63,600 bases of DNA, filler included, from 6 parts of 6 records of this genome joined end to end with filler, not necessarily neighbours in it; one strand, 5' to 3'; positions 43,528-54,807 are shown, counted from the whole stretch's first letter. Program-made: numbers and translations. Notes: generated by a model not told the origin, from the letters alone.

Positions 43528-44706
43528 TTGAACGACGAGTTTCCGAGAATCAAACGCCTTCCGCCCTATGTTTTCAACATTGTAAATGATTTGAAAGCAA
43601 AAGCACGTGCGCGTGGTGAGGATATTATCGACTTTGGTATGGGCAACCCGGATAAACCGGCACCGGCTCACATTGTTGATAAGCTGGTAGAAGCGGCCCA
43701 GCGACCGGACACCCACCGTTATTCGGTTTCCAGGGGGATTCCGCGCCTGCGCAAAGCCTGTTGCGATTGGTATAAACGCAAATTCGACGTCGATCTCGAC
43801 CCGGACAGCGAATGTATTGTCACTATCGGCTCGAAAGAGGGCCTGGCGCACCTGGCACTGGCAACAATGGGCCCCGGCGATGCCGTCATGGTGCCGAACC
43901 CGGCTTACCCGATCCATCCTTATGGCTTTGTGATTGCCGGTGCCGATATCCGCCATGTGCCGCTGACTCCGGATGTCGACTTCTTCGCCGAACTGGAAAA
44001 GTCGGTCAAGGACTCCTGGCCCAAACCAAAGATGCTGGTACTGAACTTCCCGGGCAATCCGACCACACAATGCGTCGATCTGGAATTTTTCGAACGCATC
44101 GTCGCTTTTGCCAAAGAGCATCAAATCTGGGTGGTACATGACCTGGCCTATGGTGAAATCTGTTTCGACGGTTATAAAGCGCCATCGATTCTGCAGGTGC
44201 CCGGCGCTAAAGAGGTGGCGGTCGAGTTCTACACTTTGTCCAAGACTTATAATATGCCAGGCTGGCGGGTTGGCTTCATGTCCGGCAACCCGACTTTGAT
44301 CGCGGCGCTGGCACGGATGAAGTCCTATCTCGATTACGGGATGTTCACGCCGATTCAGGTCGCGGCGATTACCGCACTGGATGGCCCGCAGGATTGTGTT
44401 GATGAAATCGTCGCCACTTACAAGAGCCGTCGTGACGTACTCTGTGAGGGTCTCAATGCGATTGGCTGGGCAGTAGAAAAGCCTAAGGCAACTATGTTTG
44501 TCTGGGCCCGTATTCCGGAACGTTACCGCGAAATGGGCTCGCTGGAATTCAGTAAGAAACTACTCAAGGAAGCGAAAGTCGCGGTGTCACCCGGTATCGG
44601 TTTTGGTGAATACGGTGATGAGTATGTTCGCTTCGGCTTGATTGAAAATGAACATCGAACACGTCAGGCGATCCGCGGGATCCGTGACATGATGAGAAAA
44701 GCTTAG
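43528..44706 (+). CDS. alaC: Alanine transaminase (class I PLP aminotransferase)
   Basis: [37 protein letters not shown]; upstream of hom-thrC. Confidence 0.9.
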   Translation: MNDEFPRIKRLPPYVFNIVNDLKAKARARGEDIIDFGMGNPDKPAPAHIVDKLVEAAQRPDTHRYSVSRGIPRLRKACCDWYKRKFDVDLDPDSECIVTIGSKEGLAHLALATMGPGDAVMVPNPAYPIHPYGFVIAGADIRHVPLTPDVDFFAELEKSVKDSWPKPKMLVLNFPGNPTTQCVDLEFFERIVAFAKEHQIWVVHDLAYGEICFDGYKAPSILQVPGAKEVAVEFYTLSKTYNMPGWRVGFMSGNPTLIAALARMKSYLDYGMFTPIQVAAITALDGPQDCVDEIVATYKSRRDVLCEGLNAIGWAVEKPKATMFVWARIPERYREMGSLEFSKKLLKEAKVAVSPGIGFGEYGDEYVRFGLIENEHRTRQAIRGIRDMMRKA

Positions 44707-44714
44707 GGGGCTGT

Positions 44715-46028
44715 GTGCAATCAGTAAAAATCGGAATCCTGGGGTTGGGCACCGTCGGTGGTGGTACCGTCAGTGTGCTGACCCGCAACTCAAGAGAAAT
44801 CAGCCGTCGTGCCGGCCGTGATATTGAAATTTATCGTGTTGCCGATCGTGATCTGGATAAACCCAAGAGTTGTGATACCACAAACATCAACCTGACGGAT
44901 GATGCCTTTGAGGTCATCAATGATCCCGATATTCAGATCGTTGTCGAACTGATCGGTGGTACCGGTATCGCCAAGGATCTGGTGGTCAAGGCGATTGAGA
45001 ACGGCAAGCATGTGGTCACGGCCAATAAGGCGCTGATCGCGATGCATGGTAACGAGCTGTTTGAACTGGCGCAGAAAAAAGGCGTGACGATTGCGTTTGA
45101 AGCTGCGGTTGCCGGTGGTATTCCGATTATCAAGGCCATGCGTGAAGGTCTGGCGGGTAACCGTATCGAGTGGCTGGCCGGCATTATCAACGGCACCGGT
45201 AACTTTATCCTGACCGAAATGCGTGAAAAAGGCCGTGACTTTGCCGATGTGCTGGCAGAAGCTCAGGCGCTGGGTTACGCCGAAGCCGATCCGACTTTTG
45301 ATATTGAAGGCATCGATGCAGCGCACAAGCTGACCATTATGGCTTCCATCGCCTTTGGTATCCCGCTTCAGTACTACAAGTGCTATACCGAAGGCATCAG
45401 CAAAATTTCTCAGGAAGATGTGCAGTATGCCTCGGAACTCGGTTACCGCATCAAGCATCTGGGGATTGCCAAGAAAACCGCTTCCGGTGTCGAATTGCGC
45501 GTGCATCCAACCCTGATCCCGCAGCGTCGTTTGATCGCCAATGTGAACGGGGTCATGAATGCCGTTGTCGTAAAAGGTGACGCGGTCGGTCCGACCTTAT
45601 ATTACGGCGCCGGCGCCGGCGCTGAGGCCACCGCCTCTGCTGTAGTGGCCGATATTGTCGATATCGTCCGTGCGCTGACCACCGATCCGGAGAATCGGGT
45701 ACCGCATCTGGCGTTCCAGCCTGATGCGCTCAAAGATACCCCGATTCTGCCGATGAGCGAAGTGGTCACATCATACTATCTGCGTATTCACACCCTGGAT
45801 AAGCCGGGCGTGCTGGCCGATATCACCCGTATTCTCAGTGAAGAGGGCATTAATATCGAAGCTATTCTGCAGAAACAACCGGAAGAACATGAAGGCATGG
45901 TGCCCATCATCATGTTGACCCAGGCCGTGGTCGAGAAAAATATGGATCGCGCCATTAGTCAGATTGAAGCACTGGAAACCGTGCCTGATTCCATCATGCG
46001 CATCCGCATGGAATCTCTGGGTGGCTGA
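44715..46028 (+). CDS. hom: Homoserine dehydrogenase with ACT domain
   Basis: GLGTVGGG, HVVTANKA, EAAVAGGIP, GYAEADP, DKPGVLA. Confidence 0.96.
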   Translation: MQSVKIGILGLGTVGGGTVSVLTRNSREISRRAGRDIEIYRVADRDLDKPKSCDTTNINLTDDAFEVINDPDIQIVVELIGGTGIAKDLVVKAIENGKHVVTANKALIAMHGNELFELAQKKGVTIAFEAAVAGGIPIIKAMREGLAGNRIEWLAGIINGTGNFILTEMREKGRDFADVLAEAQALGYAEADPTFDIEGIDAAHKLTIMASIAFGIPLQYYKCYTEGISKISQEDVQYASELGYRIKHLGIAKKTASGVELRVHPTLIPQRRLIANVNGVMNAVVVKGDAVGPTLYYGAGAGAEATASAVVADIVDIVRALTTDPENRVPHLAFQPDALKDTPILPMSEVVTSYYLRIHTLDKPGVLADITRILSEEGINIEAILQKQPEEHEGMVPIIMLTQAVVEKNMDRAISQIEALETVPDSIMRIRMESLGG

Positions 46029-46067
46029 TAAAGTCTGCCCACCGAATTTAGTTTAGAGGAAAACACT

Positions 46068-47213
46068 ATGTCATTTCGCCCCCGTTACACTGGACTGATT
46101 GAACGTTATCGCGATCGGCTGCCGGTCAATGACGACACCCGCCTGATTAGCCTGGGCGAGGGGAATACACCGCTTATCAAGCTCAATCATATTGCCAAGG
46201 AGCTGGGTAAGGATGTCGATATTTACGTCAAATACGAGGGTCTGAACCCAACCGGTTCATTTAAAGATCGTGGTATGACCATGGCCGTGACCAAAGCCGT
46301 CGAAGAAGGCAGCAAGGCGATCATCTGCGCTTCTACTGGTAATACCTCGGCTGCAGCTGCGGCCTATGCCTCACGTGCCGGTATCGCCGCTTTTGTATTG
46401 ATTCCTGACGGCAAAATCGCCCAGGGCAAACTGGCTCAGGCGATGATGCATGGGGCCACCGTGATTCAGATCAAAGGCAACTTCGATGAAGGCATGCGCC
46501 TGGTCAAGGAAGTCGCCAACCATGCGCCGGTCACTATCGTTAACTCGATTAACCCTTACCGTCTGCAGGGTCAGAAAACGGCCGCCTTTGAAATTGTTGA
46601 AGAGCTGGGCCGTGCGCCGGATTATCACTGCCTGCCGGTGGGTAATGCCGGTAATATCACTGCGCACTGGATTGGTTACTGTGAGTATTCCTGCGATTCC
46701 GGTGATCACGTGACTGATGCCTGTGCCTACTGTGGCGGCAAATGTAAGTATGCCGGCGGTGCCATTGTCGGTAACCGTCCGAAAATGGTCGGCTACCAGG
46801 CATCAGGCAGCGCGCCGTTTATGCGTGGCCATATGGTGGATGATCCGGAAACCGTGGCGACTGCGATTCGTATCGGTCATCCGCAAAGCTGGGATAAAGC
46901 CTGGCAGGTTAAAGAAGAATCCGGTGGCTGGTTCGACGAATGCAGTGATGAAGAAATTCTGGCAGCGCAGAAACTGCTGGCAGAAAAAGAAGGCGTATTC
47001 TGCGAACCCGCATCAGCGACCTCACTAGCCGGTGCGTTACGCGATGTGAAAAATGGCAAGATTCCGGAAGGCAGCACCATCGTTTGTACCCTGACCGGTC
47101 ATGGTCTGAAAGATCCTGATACTGCTATTAAACAAAGCAGTTCTGCTGTGGTCACTGTTGATGCCAATCTTGAATCAGTTCGTGACGCCATCATTCAGAA
47201 TATGGCACAGTGA
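46068..47213 (+). CDS. thrC: Threonine synthase
   Basis: [40 protein letters not shown]. Confidence 0.95.
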   Translation: MSFRPRYTGLIERYRDRLPVNDDTRLISLGEGNTPLIKLNHIAKELGKDVDIYVKYEGLNPTGSFKDRGMTMAVTKAVEEGSKAIICASTGNTSAAAAAYASRAGIAAFVLIPDGKIAQGKLAQAMMHGATVIQIKGNFDEGMRLVKEVANHAPVTIVNSINPYRLQGQKTAAFEIVEELGRAPDYHCLPVGNAGNITAHWIGYCEYSCDSGDHVTDACAYCGGKCKYAGGAIVGNRPKMVGYQASGSAPFMRGHMVDDPETVATAIRIGHPQSWDKAWQVKEESGGWFDECSDEEILAAQKLLAEKEGVFCEPASATSLAGALRDVKNGKIPEGSTIVCTLTGHGLKDPDTAIKQSSSAVVTVDANLESVRDAIIQNMAQ

Positions 47214-47217
47214 GTTT

Positions 47218-47736
47218 ATGACGAATCTGCCGGATCCAAGTGAGCGGGAAAGACTGCTGGCCAAGCGGCCGCATGATATTTTTCTGAGTAATCTGATCGG
47301 TAACCATATTCTGATCTTTACCGCGATATCGACCTTTGGTCCGGCTTATATCAACTATCTGATTCTGGTGCCGCTGCTGTCTTTTGCTGCGCTCGGCTAT
47401 ACCTATTACCGTTCCGGCCATATTCGGCGTGAGGACAGTGAGTTTGTCTGGGCGCACTGGCAAGTGGCGCGGCGCTGGAGCAAGATATTTTTCTTTGTCC
47501 TGCTGATTGTCACCAGCTTCGCCGTGCTGGGCTGGTTGGGTAAAACCTATCTGGGCATGATGAAGGAAGCTGTCTACGCTATGGTTGGTGGCCTGAGTCT
47601 TTTACCCACCCTGGTGTCGGTACTGGTGCTGATTGTTATCGAATCAGACTCTTTGCATCATGCCCGTGTGGGCACTTTGCCCCGCTGGGCGCTAAGACGT
47701 TTTCTTGGCATTGAGACGGAACCGTCTCAGGACTGA
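47218..47736 (+). CDS. Hypothetical inner-membrane protein
   Basis: Four hydrophobic segments; starts 4 nt after the thrC stop. Confidence 0.7.
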   Translation: MTNLPDPSERERLLAKRPHDIFLSNLIGNHILIFTAISTFGPAYINYLILVPLLSFAALGYTYYRSGHIRREDSEFVWAHWQVARRWSKIFFFVLLIVTSFAVLGWLGKTYLGMMKEAVYAMVGGLSLLPTLVSVLVLIVIESDSLHHARVGTLPRWALRRFLGIETEPSQD

Positions 47737-48380
47737 GCCAGTCGTTTTTCCAGTTTTTCCCGCCATTCTGCAGAGAGCGCATCGATTTTCAACGCCTGCT
47801 TCAAAACAGGCGTTTTTTCGTTGTCAGGCAGGGATTTGTCGAAATAAGCACGAAACAAACGCTGCACGCTGAGTTGGGCCAGATGCGGCTCAGCAACGCT
47901 CACCTTATCGCCAGCGGCCACCGAGCCGGTCTCAATCACCCTGAAATAAATCCCGGTCGCGGCATGCGTCACAAACAGCCTGGGCATATCATCACGCTCA
48001 AAAGTCATACCCAGTTTAAAGCAGGGGACCCTGGGTTGAGAGATTTCCAGCAAGCAGTCACCCACCCTCAGGCGGTCACCAATACACAGACTGGCTTCGT
48101 CCAGTCCCTCGATGGTCAGGTTTTCGCCAAATTTGCCGAACGGCAGATCCGCCCGCCCAAGCTGTTGTTCCCAGAATGAATAGTGCTCGGCAGCAAAGCC
48201 GTAAACAGCTTTGTGTTCACCGCCGTGATTGACCCGATCAACCTGCTGATCGCCGTCGAGATTGAATGGATTGACATGAATGCGACCCGATACCGGTTGT
48301 TTGAAGATACCGGTCGATACGGTTTTATTTTTGTGCTGAACCTGTTTCGGCAGCGAAACATTAACAGAACGAACCAGCAC
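47727..48380 (-). CDS. MOSC domain protein (YiiM-like)
   Basis: GD.Q.D...HGG..KAVY, FGENLT, QPR.PCFKL, G.YFRV. Confidence 0.92.
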   Translation of the reverse strand: MLVRSVNVSLPKQVQHKNKTVSTGIFKQPVSGRIHVNPFNLDGDQQVDRVNHGGEHKAVYGFAAEHYSFWEQQLGRADLPFGKFGENLTIEGLDEASLCIGDRLRVGDCLLEISQPRVPCFKLGMTFERDDMPRLFVTHAATGIYFRVIETGSVAAGDKVSVAEPHLAQLSVQRLFRAYFDKSLPDNEKTPVLKQALKIDALSAEWREKLEKRLAQS

Positions 48381-48386
48381 AGAGCG

Positions 48387-48683
48387 TTAAGGTTGCTCGG
48401 AACGCTTGACGACCGAGTGAATCACTTTGTCGTACTCGAAAAATACTTCAAATTCACCGTAAATCCAGCGGCTGATAGGTGGCTCACCGACAGCAGGCAC
48501 TTTGGTTTCGGGTGCCCCGAATGCCTGTTCAACCTGAGTCATATTCATGCCCTGTGACGGACGCTGGACTCCGGTACTGCTGTTGGGCACGTCATAGCGT
48601 GGGTCAGCAATGGAGATGACTTCTGCCTGCACCGCCGTCAGGCTTAAAAGTGAAGCAGCAAGCACTAGGCTGATGTTCCGCAT
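48387..48683 (-). CDS. Small exported protein (SmpA/BamE-like fold)
   Basis: Signal peptide; GM.M.QVE..FG.P, PPISRW.Y..F.V.FE. Confidence 0.7.
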   Translation of the reverse strand: MRNISLVLAASLLSLTAVQAEVISIADPRYDVPNSSTGVQRPSQGMNMTQVEQAFGAPETKVPAVGEPPISRWIYGEFEVFFEYDKVIHSVVKRSEQP

Positions 48684-48716
48684 CGATAGGCTCCTTGAGT
48701 GAGTAACAACAGAATA

Positions 48717-49877
48717 CTACGCGCTCAGAAATTGCTCAATCAGCGTGTTCAGGTAGCGCTGCCCTTTTTCGGTAGGACGGAGGCGGTGAATATCATGTTC
48801 GATAAGCCCAAGGGACTCTGCTTCAGACAAAGGTTTTTTGATCCGCGATATCGGCACGCCGGTATGCTGCTGAAATAAAGGGGTGGGCACACCGTCCAGC
48901 AGACGCATTGCATTGAGCATAAATTCAAAGCCGACTTCCTTTTCATCGACCAGCGTGCCTTCCAGTAAACAGGCTTCAGTGCCGGCCGTGTCGAGATAAG
49001 CCTGCGGTTGTTTCTGCTTGACCCGGCGTTCAATCTGCTGTGGCATGGCACTGCTGATTTTGCCATGGGCACCGGCACCAATACCGAGATAGTCGCCGAA
49101 CTGCCAGTAATTGATATTATGCCGGCACTGTCGCCCCTGACGGGCATAAGCCGAGGTCTCATACTGGTGGTAACCGGCCTCGGCCAGTCTTGCCTGATTG
49201 GCCAGTTGCCAGTCATAGATTGGATCATCCTCAGGCAAAGTCGGCGGCTGACTGTAAAACAGCGTGTTGGGCTCGATTGTCAGCTGATAATAAGAGATAT
49301 GGGCCGGAGCCAGCGCAATGGCGGTGTCGACGTCATATCGGGCTTTGGCTTCATCCTGTCCCGGCAGGCCGAACATCAGATCCAGATTGAAATTATCAAA
49401 ACCTGCTTGGTAAGCAGTTTCCACCGCGGTAATGGCTTGCCTACTGTCGTGAATCCGGCCCAGCGATTTCAACGCATCGTCATCAAAACTCTGAATGCCA
49501 AGGGAGAGACGGTTAATGCCGACGGCGCGGTAATCCTCAAAGCGACCGGCTTCCACCGTGCCCGGATTGGCTTCCAGCGTGATTTCTGCATTATGTTGCA
49601 GTGGCAGCAGGGCGCGGATAGCTGAAAACAGCCGATCATAGGCTTGTGCTGACAGCAGGCTGGGCGTGCCGCCACCAATAAAGATAGTTTGCACCGAGCG
49701 ACCCCAGATAAGTGGCACTTCCTGCTCCAGATCGCGGATCAGCGCATCGACATAGGCCTGTTCAGGGATTTCCTGCGGGCTCTTGTGCGAGTTGAAATCG
49801 CAGTAGGGGCATTTGCGCACACACCAGGGCACATGAATATAGAGGCTCAGTGGTGGCAGGGCGGTAAAATTAAACAT
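48717..49877 (-). CDS. hemW: Radical SAM heme chaperone HemW
   Basis: LYIHVPWCVRKCPYCDFNSH, GGGTPS, rdgB-linked context. Confidence 0.93.
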   Translation of the reverse strand: MFNFTALPPLSLYIHVPWCVRKCPYCDFNSHKSPQEIPEQAYVDALIRDLEQEVPLIWGRSVQTIFIGGGTPSLLSAQAYDRLFSAIRALLPLQHNAEITLEANPGTVEAGRFEDYRAVGINRLSLGIQSFDDDALKSLGRIHDSRQAITAVETAYQAGFDNFNLDLMFGLPGQDEAKARYDVDTAIALAPAHISYYQLTIEPNTLFYSQPPTLPEDDPIYDWQLANQARLAEAGYHQYETSAYARQGRQCRHNINYWQFGDYLGIGAGAHGKISSAMPQQIERRVKQKQPQAYLDTAGTEACLLEGTLVDEKEVGFEFMLNAMRLLDGVPTPLFQQHTGVPISRIKKPLSEAESLGLIEHDIHRLRPTEKGQRYLNTLIEQFLSA

Positions 49878-50551
49878 CAGTTCTCAACAGACTCCGGTCG
49901 CCAGCCCTGTTTCCAGCTTTCTAGCGGCACGATGGCAGGCGGCTCGCCGTTATCAAAATACCAGGCATCGACGGCATAACGAATACCTGTTCCCAGCTCG
50001 ACGATGGTGGCGGTGTTATGCGGCGCGCGACCAATAAATATGCCGCGTGAGGTGCGCGGGGCAGCGCGATGCCATCGCAATAAACCTTCGCTTTCCAGCA
50101 TGCGAATATATACCGAGGTATTGGTCGCTTCATCGATACAGTCGAGTTGACCAATACGGCTGCCACGCAGTTCGTTCTGTCCCAGGTCGTCACTGGTACC
50201 AATTTTGTTGCCGACCAGGATTTCCAGTTGTGCGACTGCCTGCTGAATTTGTCCACGCTCCTGTCCGGCACTGTTCAGCCCAGGTAAAAACAGCGTTTTG
50301 ATTTGCTGCCATTCGGTCGCTGACAGCTGGGTATTGCTAACACTGCGGCAGCTTAAATCATGGCAGATAGAAAAGGCTGCCGGCGTCGGAAAACCGATAA
50401 AATTCCTGTGTGACAGTTGCCAGCTTTCGTGCAGATTCTGTTGTAACCAGATGGGTTTAATCGCCTGCTCGCTGTAGGGTCGATGACTACAGGCGGTGAC
50501 AGTTAGACTAAGCGACAATAAAACCGGAAGCAGGCGGATAGGCAGAGTCAA
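49877..50551 (-). CDS. Hypothetical lipoprotein (papain-like C/H/D motif)
   Basis: Lipobox VTAC; GQLDCIDEATN, PHNTA, YAVDAW. Confidence 0.7.
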   Translation of the reverse strand: MTLPIRLLPVLLSLSLTVTACSHRPYSEQAIKPIWLQQNLHESWQLSHRNFIGFPTPAAFSICHDLSCRSVSNTQLSATEWQQIKTLFLPGLNSAGQERGQIQQAVAQLEILVGNKIGTSDDLGQNELRGSRIGQLDCIDEATNTSVYIRMLESEGLLRWHRAAPRTSRGIFIGRAPHNTATIVELGTGIRYAVDAWYFDNGEPPAIVPLESWKQGWRPESVEN

Positions 50552-50563
50552 GACGGGCTGGCC

Positions 50564-51169
50564 TCAGGGCAAATGCCTCGTATACTGAAATTCCTCGATA
50601 AAACGGCGCATAGCCTGACCACGATGACTGACAGCATGTTTTTGCTGCGCACTCAGTTCGGCGGCACTGCAATCGGTTTCAGCAACAAAAAACACCGGGT
50701 CGTAACCAAAGCCCCCATCACCTGCCGGCTCAGTCAGAATCTGACCATGCCAGGTGCCCTGACAGATAAGCGGTGTCGGATCATCGGCATGACGCATAAA
50801 CACCAGCACACACTGGAATCGGGCCTGGCGCTCTGTGTCGGGAATATCCTGCAGCGCAGTCAGTAAAGCCTCGATATTGTCTTCATCGCTGGCATTTTCA
50901 CCGGCATAGCGGGAAGAATAGATACCGGGAGCGCCCAGCAGGGCATCGACTTCCAGTCCCGAGTCATCGGCGATGGCCGGCAGCCCGGTTTGAGCACAGG
51001 CATTACGTGCCTTAAGAATCGCATTTTCGACAAAACTGAGACCGGTTTCGGCCACTTCATTGACGCCCAGTTCAGACTGGGTGACTACCTCAATGCTCAG
51101 CGGCGTCAGCAGCTGCGCGAATTCGCGCAGCTTACCCTGATTTCCTGTGGCCAGTACGATTTGGCTCAT
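50564..51169 (-). CDS. rdgB: dITP/XTP pyrophosphatase
   Basis: ATGN.GK..E, ADDSGL, GFGYDP, SHRG. Confidence 0.95.
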   Translation of the reverse strand: MSQIVLATGNQGKLREFAQLLTPLSIEVVTQSELGVNEVAETGLSFVENAILKARNACAQTGLPAIADDSGLEVDALLGAPGIYSSRYAGENASDEDNIEALLTALQDIPDTERQARFQCVLVFMRHADDPTPLICQGTWHGQILTEPAGDGGFGYDPVFFVAETDCSAAELSAQQKHAVSHRGQAMRRFIEEFQYTRHLP

Positions 51170-51552
51170 GATGCCGCCAAGGCTGCCTGTTGTTTTTCCA
51201 TCAGTTCCTCAATCCCTTTTTTAGCCAGATCCAGCATGGATTGCAGTTCATCAGCACGGAAGGCATGGCCTTCAGCCGTACCCTGTAACTCAATATACGC
51301 CCCGGCTTCGTTCATGACTACATTCATGTCGGTTTCGGCGGAAGAGTCTTCGGCATAGTCCAGATCCAGTACCGGCATGCCCTGAAAAATACCGACCGAA
51401 ATCGAAGCGACCTGACCATAAAGCGGACTGGATTTGATTTTACGGGTTTTGAGCAGGTAATTGATGGCATCCTGCAACGCCACATAAGCGCCGGTGATAG
51501 AAGCGGTGCGGGTACCCCCATCAGCCTGAATGACATCGCAGTCGATGGTGAT
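51166..51552 (-). CDS. rph: Ribonuclease PH, 5'-truncated
   Basis: [39 protein letters not shown]. Confidence 0.94.
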   Translation of the reverse strand: MTIDCDVIQADGGTRTASITGAYVALQDAINYLLKTRKIKSSPLYGQVASISVGIFQGMPVLDLDYAEDSSAETDMNVVMNEAGAYIELQGTAEGHAFRADELQSMLDLAKKGIEELMEKQQAALAAS

Positions 51553-51653
51553 NNNNNNNNNNNNNNNNNNNNNNNNNNNNNNNNNNNNNNNNNNNNTTAA
51601 TTAATTAANNNNNNNNNNNNNNNNNNNNNNNNNNNNNNNNNNNNNNNNNNNNG

Positions 51654-51812
51654 CTCTGGGTCATGCACAACATGAACAAGTATATGATGCCATTGCCGGA
51701 AAGTGGTTACACGATCCTTGATGACGGTACGATTGTCTGTGCCACACCGGAAATCGCCGAGCAGCTTCGTAATGCCGGGGTGACGGGCAATATCGTGATC
51801 CAGAATCAGTAA
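51654..51812 (+). CDS. cyoD: C-terminus of cytochrome bo3 quinol oxidase subunit IV (truncated)
   Basis: Manual translation LWVMHNMNKYMMP... matches the CyoD end; followed by SURF1. Confidence 0.65.
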   Translation, partial: LWVMHNMNKYMMPLPESGYTILDDGTIVCATPEIAEQLRNAGVTGNIVIQNQ

Positions 51813-51973
51813 GGACCGATGTGAAGATGTAATGCGCCTCTCTTTGGTTGTTGCCGGAGGGAGGCGCATTTGTTTTGCGCCAGTGTGTCGCGGTGTTTTT
51901 ATCCGCGAGAACCTGTAATTACGGGTTCAGCCCATTTTCTGGTGCGATCTGGCTCCCATTGAAGGTTTTGTAA

Positions 51974-52726
51974 ATGACCGCTGCCTCGCGAAACTGGTTC
52001 CGCATTTCGATTATCACCGGCATTGCCGCAGTACTGTTTGCCGGTTTCGTGGCTCTTGGTACATGGCAACTTTACCGTCTTCAGTGGAAGCTGGACCTGA
52101 TCGAGGCTGTGAATACACGTGTCGAAGCCCCCGCGGTTCCGGCACCCGGACCGGATATGTGGGATAAAATCACGCGGGAAAACGATGCCTATCGCCATGT
52201 CGAGGTGACGGGGAAATTTCTCAACAGTGAGGAAGTTCAGATTTATTATCCGACCGAGCTTGGGCCTGGTTATTTCGTGCTGACGCCGCTTTTGCGACCG
52301 GATGGTACTTATGTGCTTGTCAATCGTGGCTTTGTGCCGGAAGAAAAGCGCGAACCTTCAACACGGGACGCACCCGAAGGCGAGGTTACCGTGACCGGCC
52401 TGCTTAGAATGTCGGAAGACAAGGGCTGGCTGTTCTCACGCAAGAACGAGCCGGAAGAGGGGAAATGGTATCGCCGCGATGTGGCATCCATCATGTCCAC
52501 AAAAGGCCTTGCACCCTACGCGCCTTATTTTATTGACGCTGACAGCAAGGCCAATGCCGGTGGCTATCCCATCGGCGGACTGACGATCGTGAAATTCCGC
52601 AATGCGCATTTAAGCTATGCGCTTACATGGTTTGCCATGGCACTTGGCACACTGGTGCTTTATGCGCTGGTCCTGCGGTTTGAAGGTGTGTGGGGAACAC
52701 GCCCGGCTATTGACGATGACGATTAG
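51974..52726 (+). CDS. SURF1 family protein
   Basis: LGTWQ..RL.WK, LVNRGFVP, H..YA.TWF. Confidence 0.93.
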   Translation: MTAASRNWFRISIITGIAAVLFAGFVALGTWQLYRLQWKLDLIEAVNTRVEAPAVPAPGPDMWDKITRENDAYRHVEVTGKFLNSEEVQIYYPTELGPGYFVLTPLLRPDGTYVLVNRGFVPEEKREPSTRDAPEGEVTVTGLLRMSEDKGWLFSRKNEPEEGKWYRRDVASIMSTKGLAPYAPYFIDADSKANAGGYPIGGLTIVKFRNAHLSYALTWFAMALGTLVLYALVLRFEGVWGTRPAIDDDD

Positions 52727-52789
52727 AGCAAGCCGAACGGAAAGCACGGTGCTCTAAAAGCGGCATGTTTGCCACGCGGCTTTTCTGTT

Positions 52790-53953
52790 TCAGGATTTCA
52801 CAGGCAGGAACGCTTCTGCCAGTTCGGTCCAGAAGCTTGCGCCGATTGGCAATAGCCCATCGTTGAAATCATATTGCGGGTGGTGCAGCGGCTTGTCGTC
52901 GTTAGACTGGCGTGCACCGAGGAAGAAATATGTACCTGGCCGTTCATTGAGGAAATAGGCGAAATCCTCGCTTCCCATAAACGGGTTTTCGAGATCTTTC
53001 ACCTTGTCCTCTCCGGCAAAGCGCTTCGCCAGATCGCGCACGAAAGCGGTCTGTCCGGCATCGTTGATCGTTGGGTCATAGCTGCGTTCATAAATGACCT
53101 CTGCCGTTTGACCGAAGCTTTTCGCCTGGAAATCGGCGATCTCGCGAATACGTTGTTCCAGGAGGTCACGGGTTTCAGGAGTGAAGGAGCGGATGCCGAT
53201 AACGATTTCCGCCGTTTCCGGAATGATGTTACTGGCCGAGCCTCCATGGATTGAACCAACGGTCACGACCGCCTTTTCATGCGGGCTGACATTTCGCGAA
53301 ACAATGGTTTGCAGCGCCATGACGATGCTGGCAGCGGTCACCATCGGATCGGAGCAGCTTTCGGGATGCGCACCGTGGCCGCCAAAGCCTGTGATAATGA
53401 TTTTCGCTTCGTCGACTGCTGCCATGATCGGTCCGTCACGGAACCAGAATTCGCCGAAGGGCAGGGCTGGCTCGTTGTGCAGGCCAAAAACGGCGTCACA
53501 GGGGAAGCGCTCAAACAGCCCTTCATCGACCATGATCTTTGCGCCACCGAAATTTTCCTCGGCTGGTTGAAAAATCAGGTTCAGCGTGCCGTCGAAATTC
53601 TTCCGCTCGGCCAACATCTTGGCCGCGCCCAAAAGCATGGCGGTGTGGCCATCATGGCCGCAGGCATGCATCTTGCCATCGATGGTGCTCTGATAGGGTT
53701 TACCGGTTTCTTCCTGTATCGGGAGAGCGTCAAAATCAGCGCGAATGCCGATGGCCTTATCGCTGGCGCCGCATTTCATCTGCGCCACAATCCCGGTTTT
53801 CGCCAGCCCGCGATGCACGGTATAGCCCATGGCTTTCAGCTTTTTCGCGACGTAATCGGAGGTCCAGAGTTCATCCAGCCCAAGCTCGGGATTCCGGTGC
53901 ATGTCGTGGCGGATAGCAACGAGCTCTTCGTCGAAGTTTTTAAGTTCAGTCAT
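52790..53953 (-). CDS. M20D amidohydrolase (hippurate hydrolase-like)
   Basis: RADFDALP, MHACGHDGH, FQPAEE, SEDF, LHHP.YDFND. Confidence 0.93.
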   Translation of the reverse strand: MTELKNFDEELVAIRHDMHRNPELGLDELWTSDYVAKKLKAMGYTVHRGLAKTGIVAQMKCGASDKAIGIRADFDALPIQEETGKPYQSTIDGKMHACGHDGHTAMLLGAAKMLAERKNFDGTLNLIFQPAEENFGGAKIMVDEGLFERFPCDAVFGLHNEPALPFGEFWFRDGPIMAAVDEAKIIITGFGGHGAHPESCSDPMVTAASIVMALQTIVSRNVSPHEKAVVTVGSIHGGSASNIIPETAEIVIGIRSFTPETRDLLEQRIREIADFQAKSFGQTAEVIYERSYDPTINDAGQTAFVRDLAKRFAGEDKVKDLENPFMGSEDFAYFLNERPGTYFFLGARQSNDDKPLHHPQYDFNDGLLPIGASFWTELAEAFLPVKS

Positions 53954-53967
53954 GAATTACTTTCAGG

Positions 53968-54807
53968 TCATGCACCGCGTGTCGGTATGCGCCGTTCGAA
54001 ATAACGGAACAGGGCGACGAGGATACCGGTCAGGCACAAATAGAGGAATGCCAGAAACAGGAGAGGTTCATAGGTGAGGTAGGTGTCCTGTCTGACGCGC
54101 GAAATCGCGGCGAACAGATCAACCACGGTGATGGTTGCCACCAGTGGTGTTGATTTCAGTTGCATCACCATTTCGCCGTTGAGCGTCGGCAGGGCACGGT
54201 GAATGGCGCGGGGCAGCCAGATGCGCCTGAGAATGGTGAACCGGCCCATGCCGTATGCCCGGGCTGCCTCAAGCTCGCCCTTGGGAACACCGGCGAAAGC
54301 TCCGCGCATCACCTCACCTTCATAGCCAGCGCAGGAAAGCGTCAGCGCCAGAACACCATAGGGCCAGGCAACCCGCAGATAAGGCCAGAGAAACGAATCT
54401 CGGATATCGGGAATGCCGGGGAATAGTGAGCCGAGACCATAGTAAAGCAACCACAGTTGTAAAAGCAGAGGAGTGCCGCGAATGACTGTGCAGAAAACCT
54501 TGGCGGGCCATGCCAGAAAGCGCGGCCCGGTGACCTGAACCAGGCCGATGGGGATAGACAGCAGGAAGCCCAGCGTGAACGTGACAACCAGCAGCAGGAA
54601 TGTGACCCACAGGCCGGAGAGCAGAACGCCTGCATAGTCAGGCAGCCAGTCCCATCGCATCGAAATGGCCATCCAGATAACCAGCGCGATGGCAACCGCC
54701 ATCATCACCAGCCGGTGCGGCTTCAAAAGCGCATGAAAACCGGGCAGAGGCGGTGGGGCAGCAATATCCTGCAGATCGGCAGCGTGTTCGTCGTTCTGGT
54801 TGGTCAT
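53968..54807 (-). CDS. Polar amino-acid ABC permease (HisM-like)
   Basis: RGTPLLLQ, EAARAYG, LKSTPL. Confidence 0.9.
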   Translation of the reverse strand: MTNQNDEHAADLQDIAAPPPLPGFHALLKPHRLVMMAVAIALVIWMAISMRWDWLPDYAGVLLSGLWVTFLLLVVTFTLGFLLSIPIGLVQVTGPRFLAWPAKVFCTVIRGTPLLLQLWLLYYGLGSLFPGIPDIRDSFLWPYLRVAWPYGVLALTLSCAGYEGEVMRGAFAGVPKGELEAARAYGMGRFTILRRIWLPRAIHRALPTLNGEMVMQLKSTPLVATITVVDLFAAISRVRQDTYLTYEPLLFLAFLYLCLTGILVALFRYFERRIPTRGA

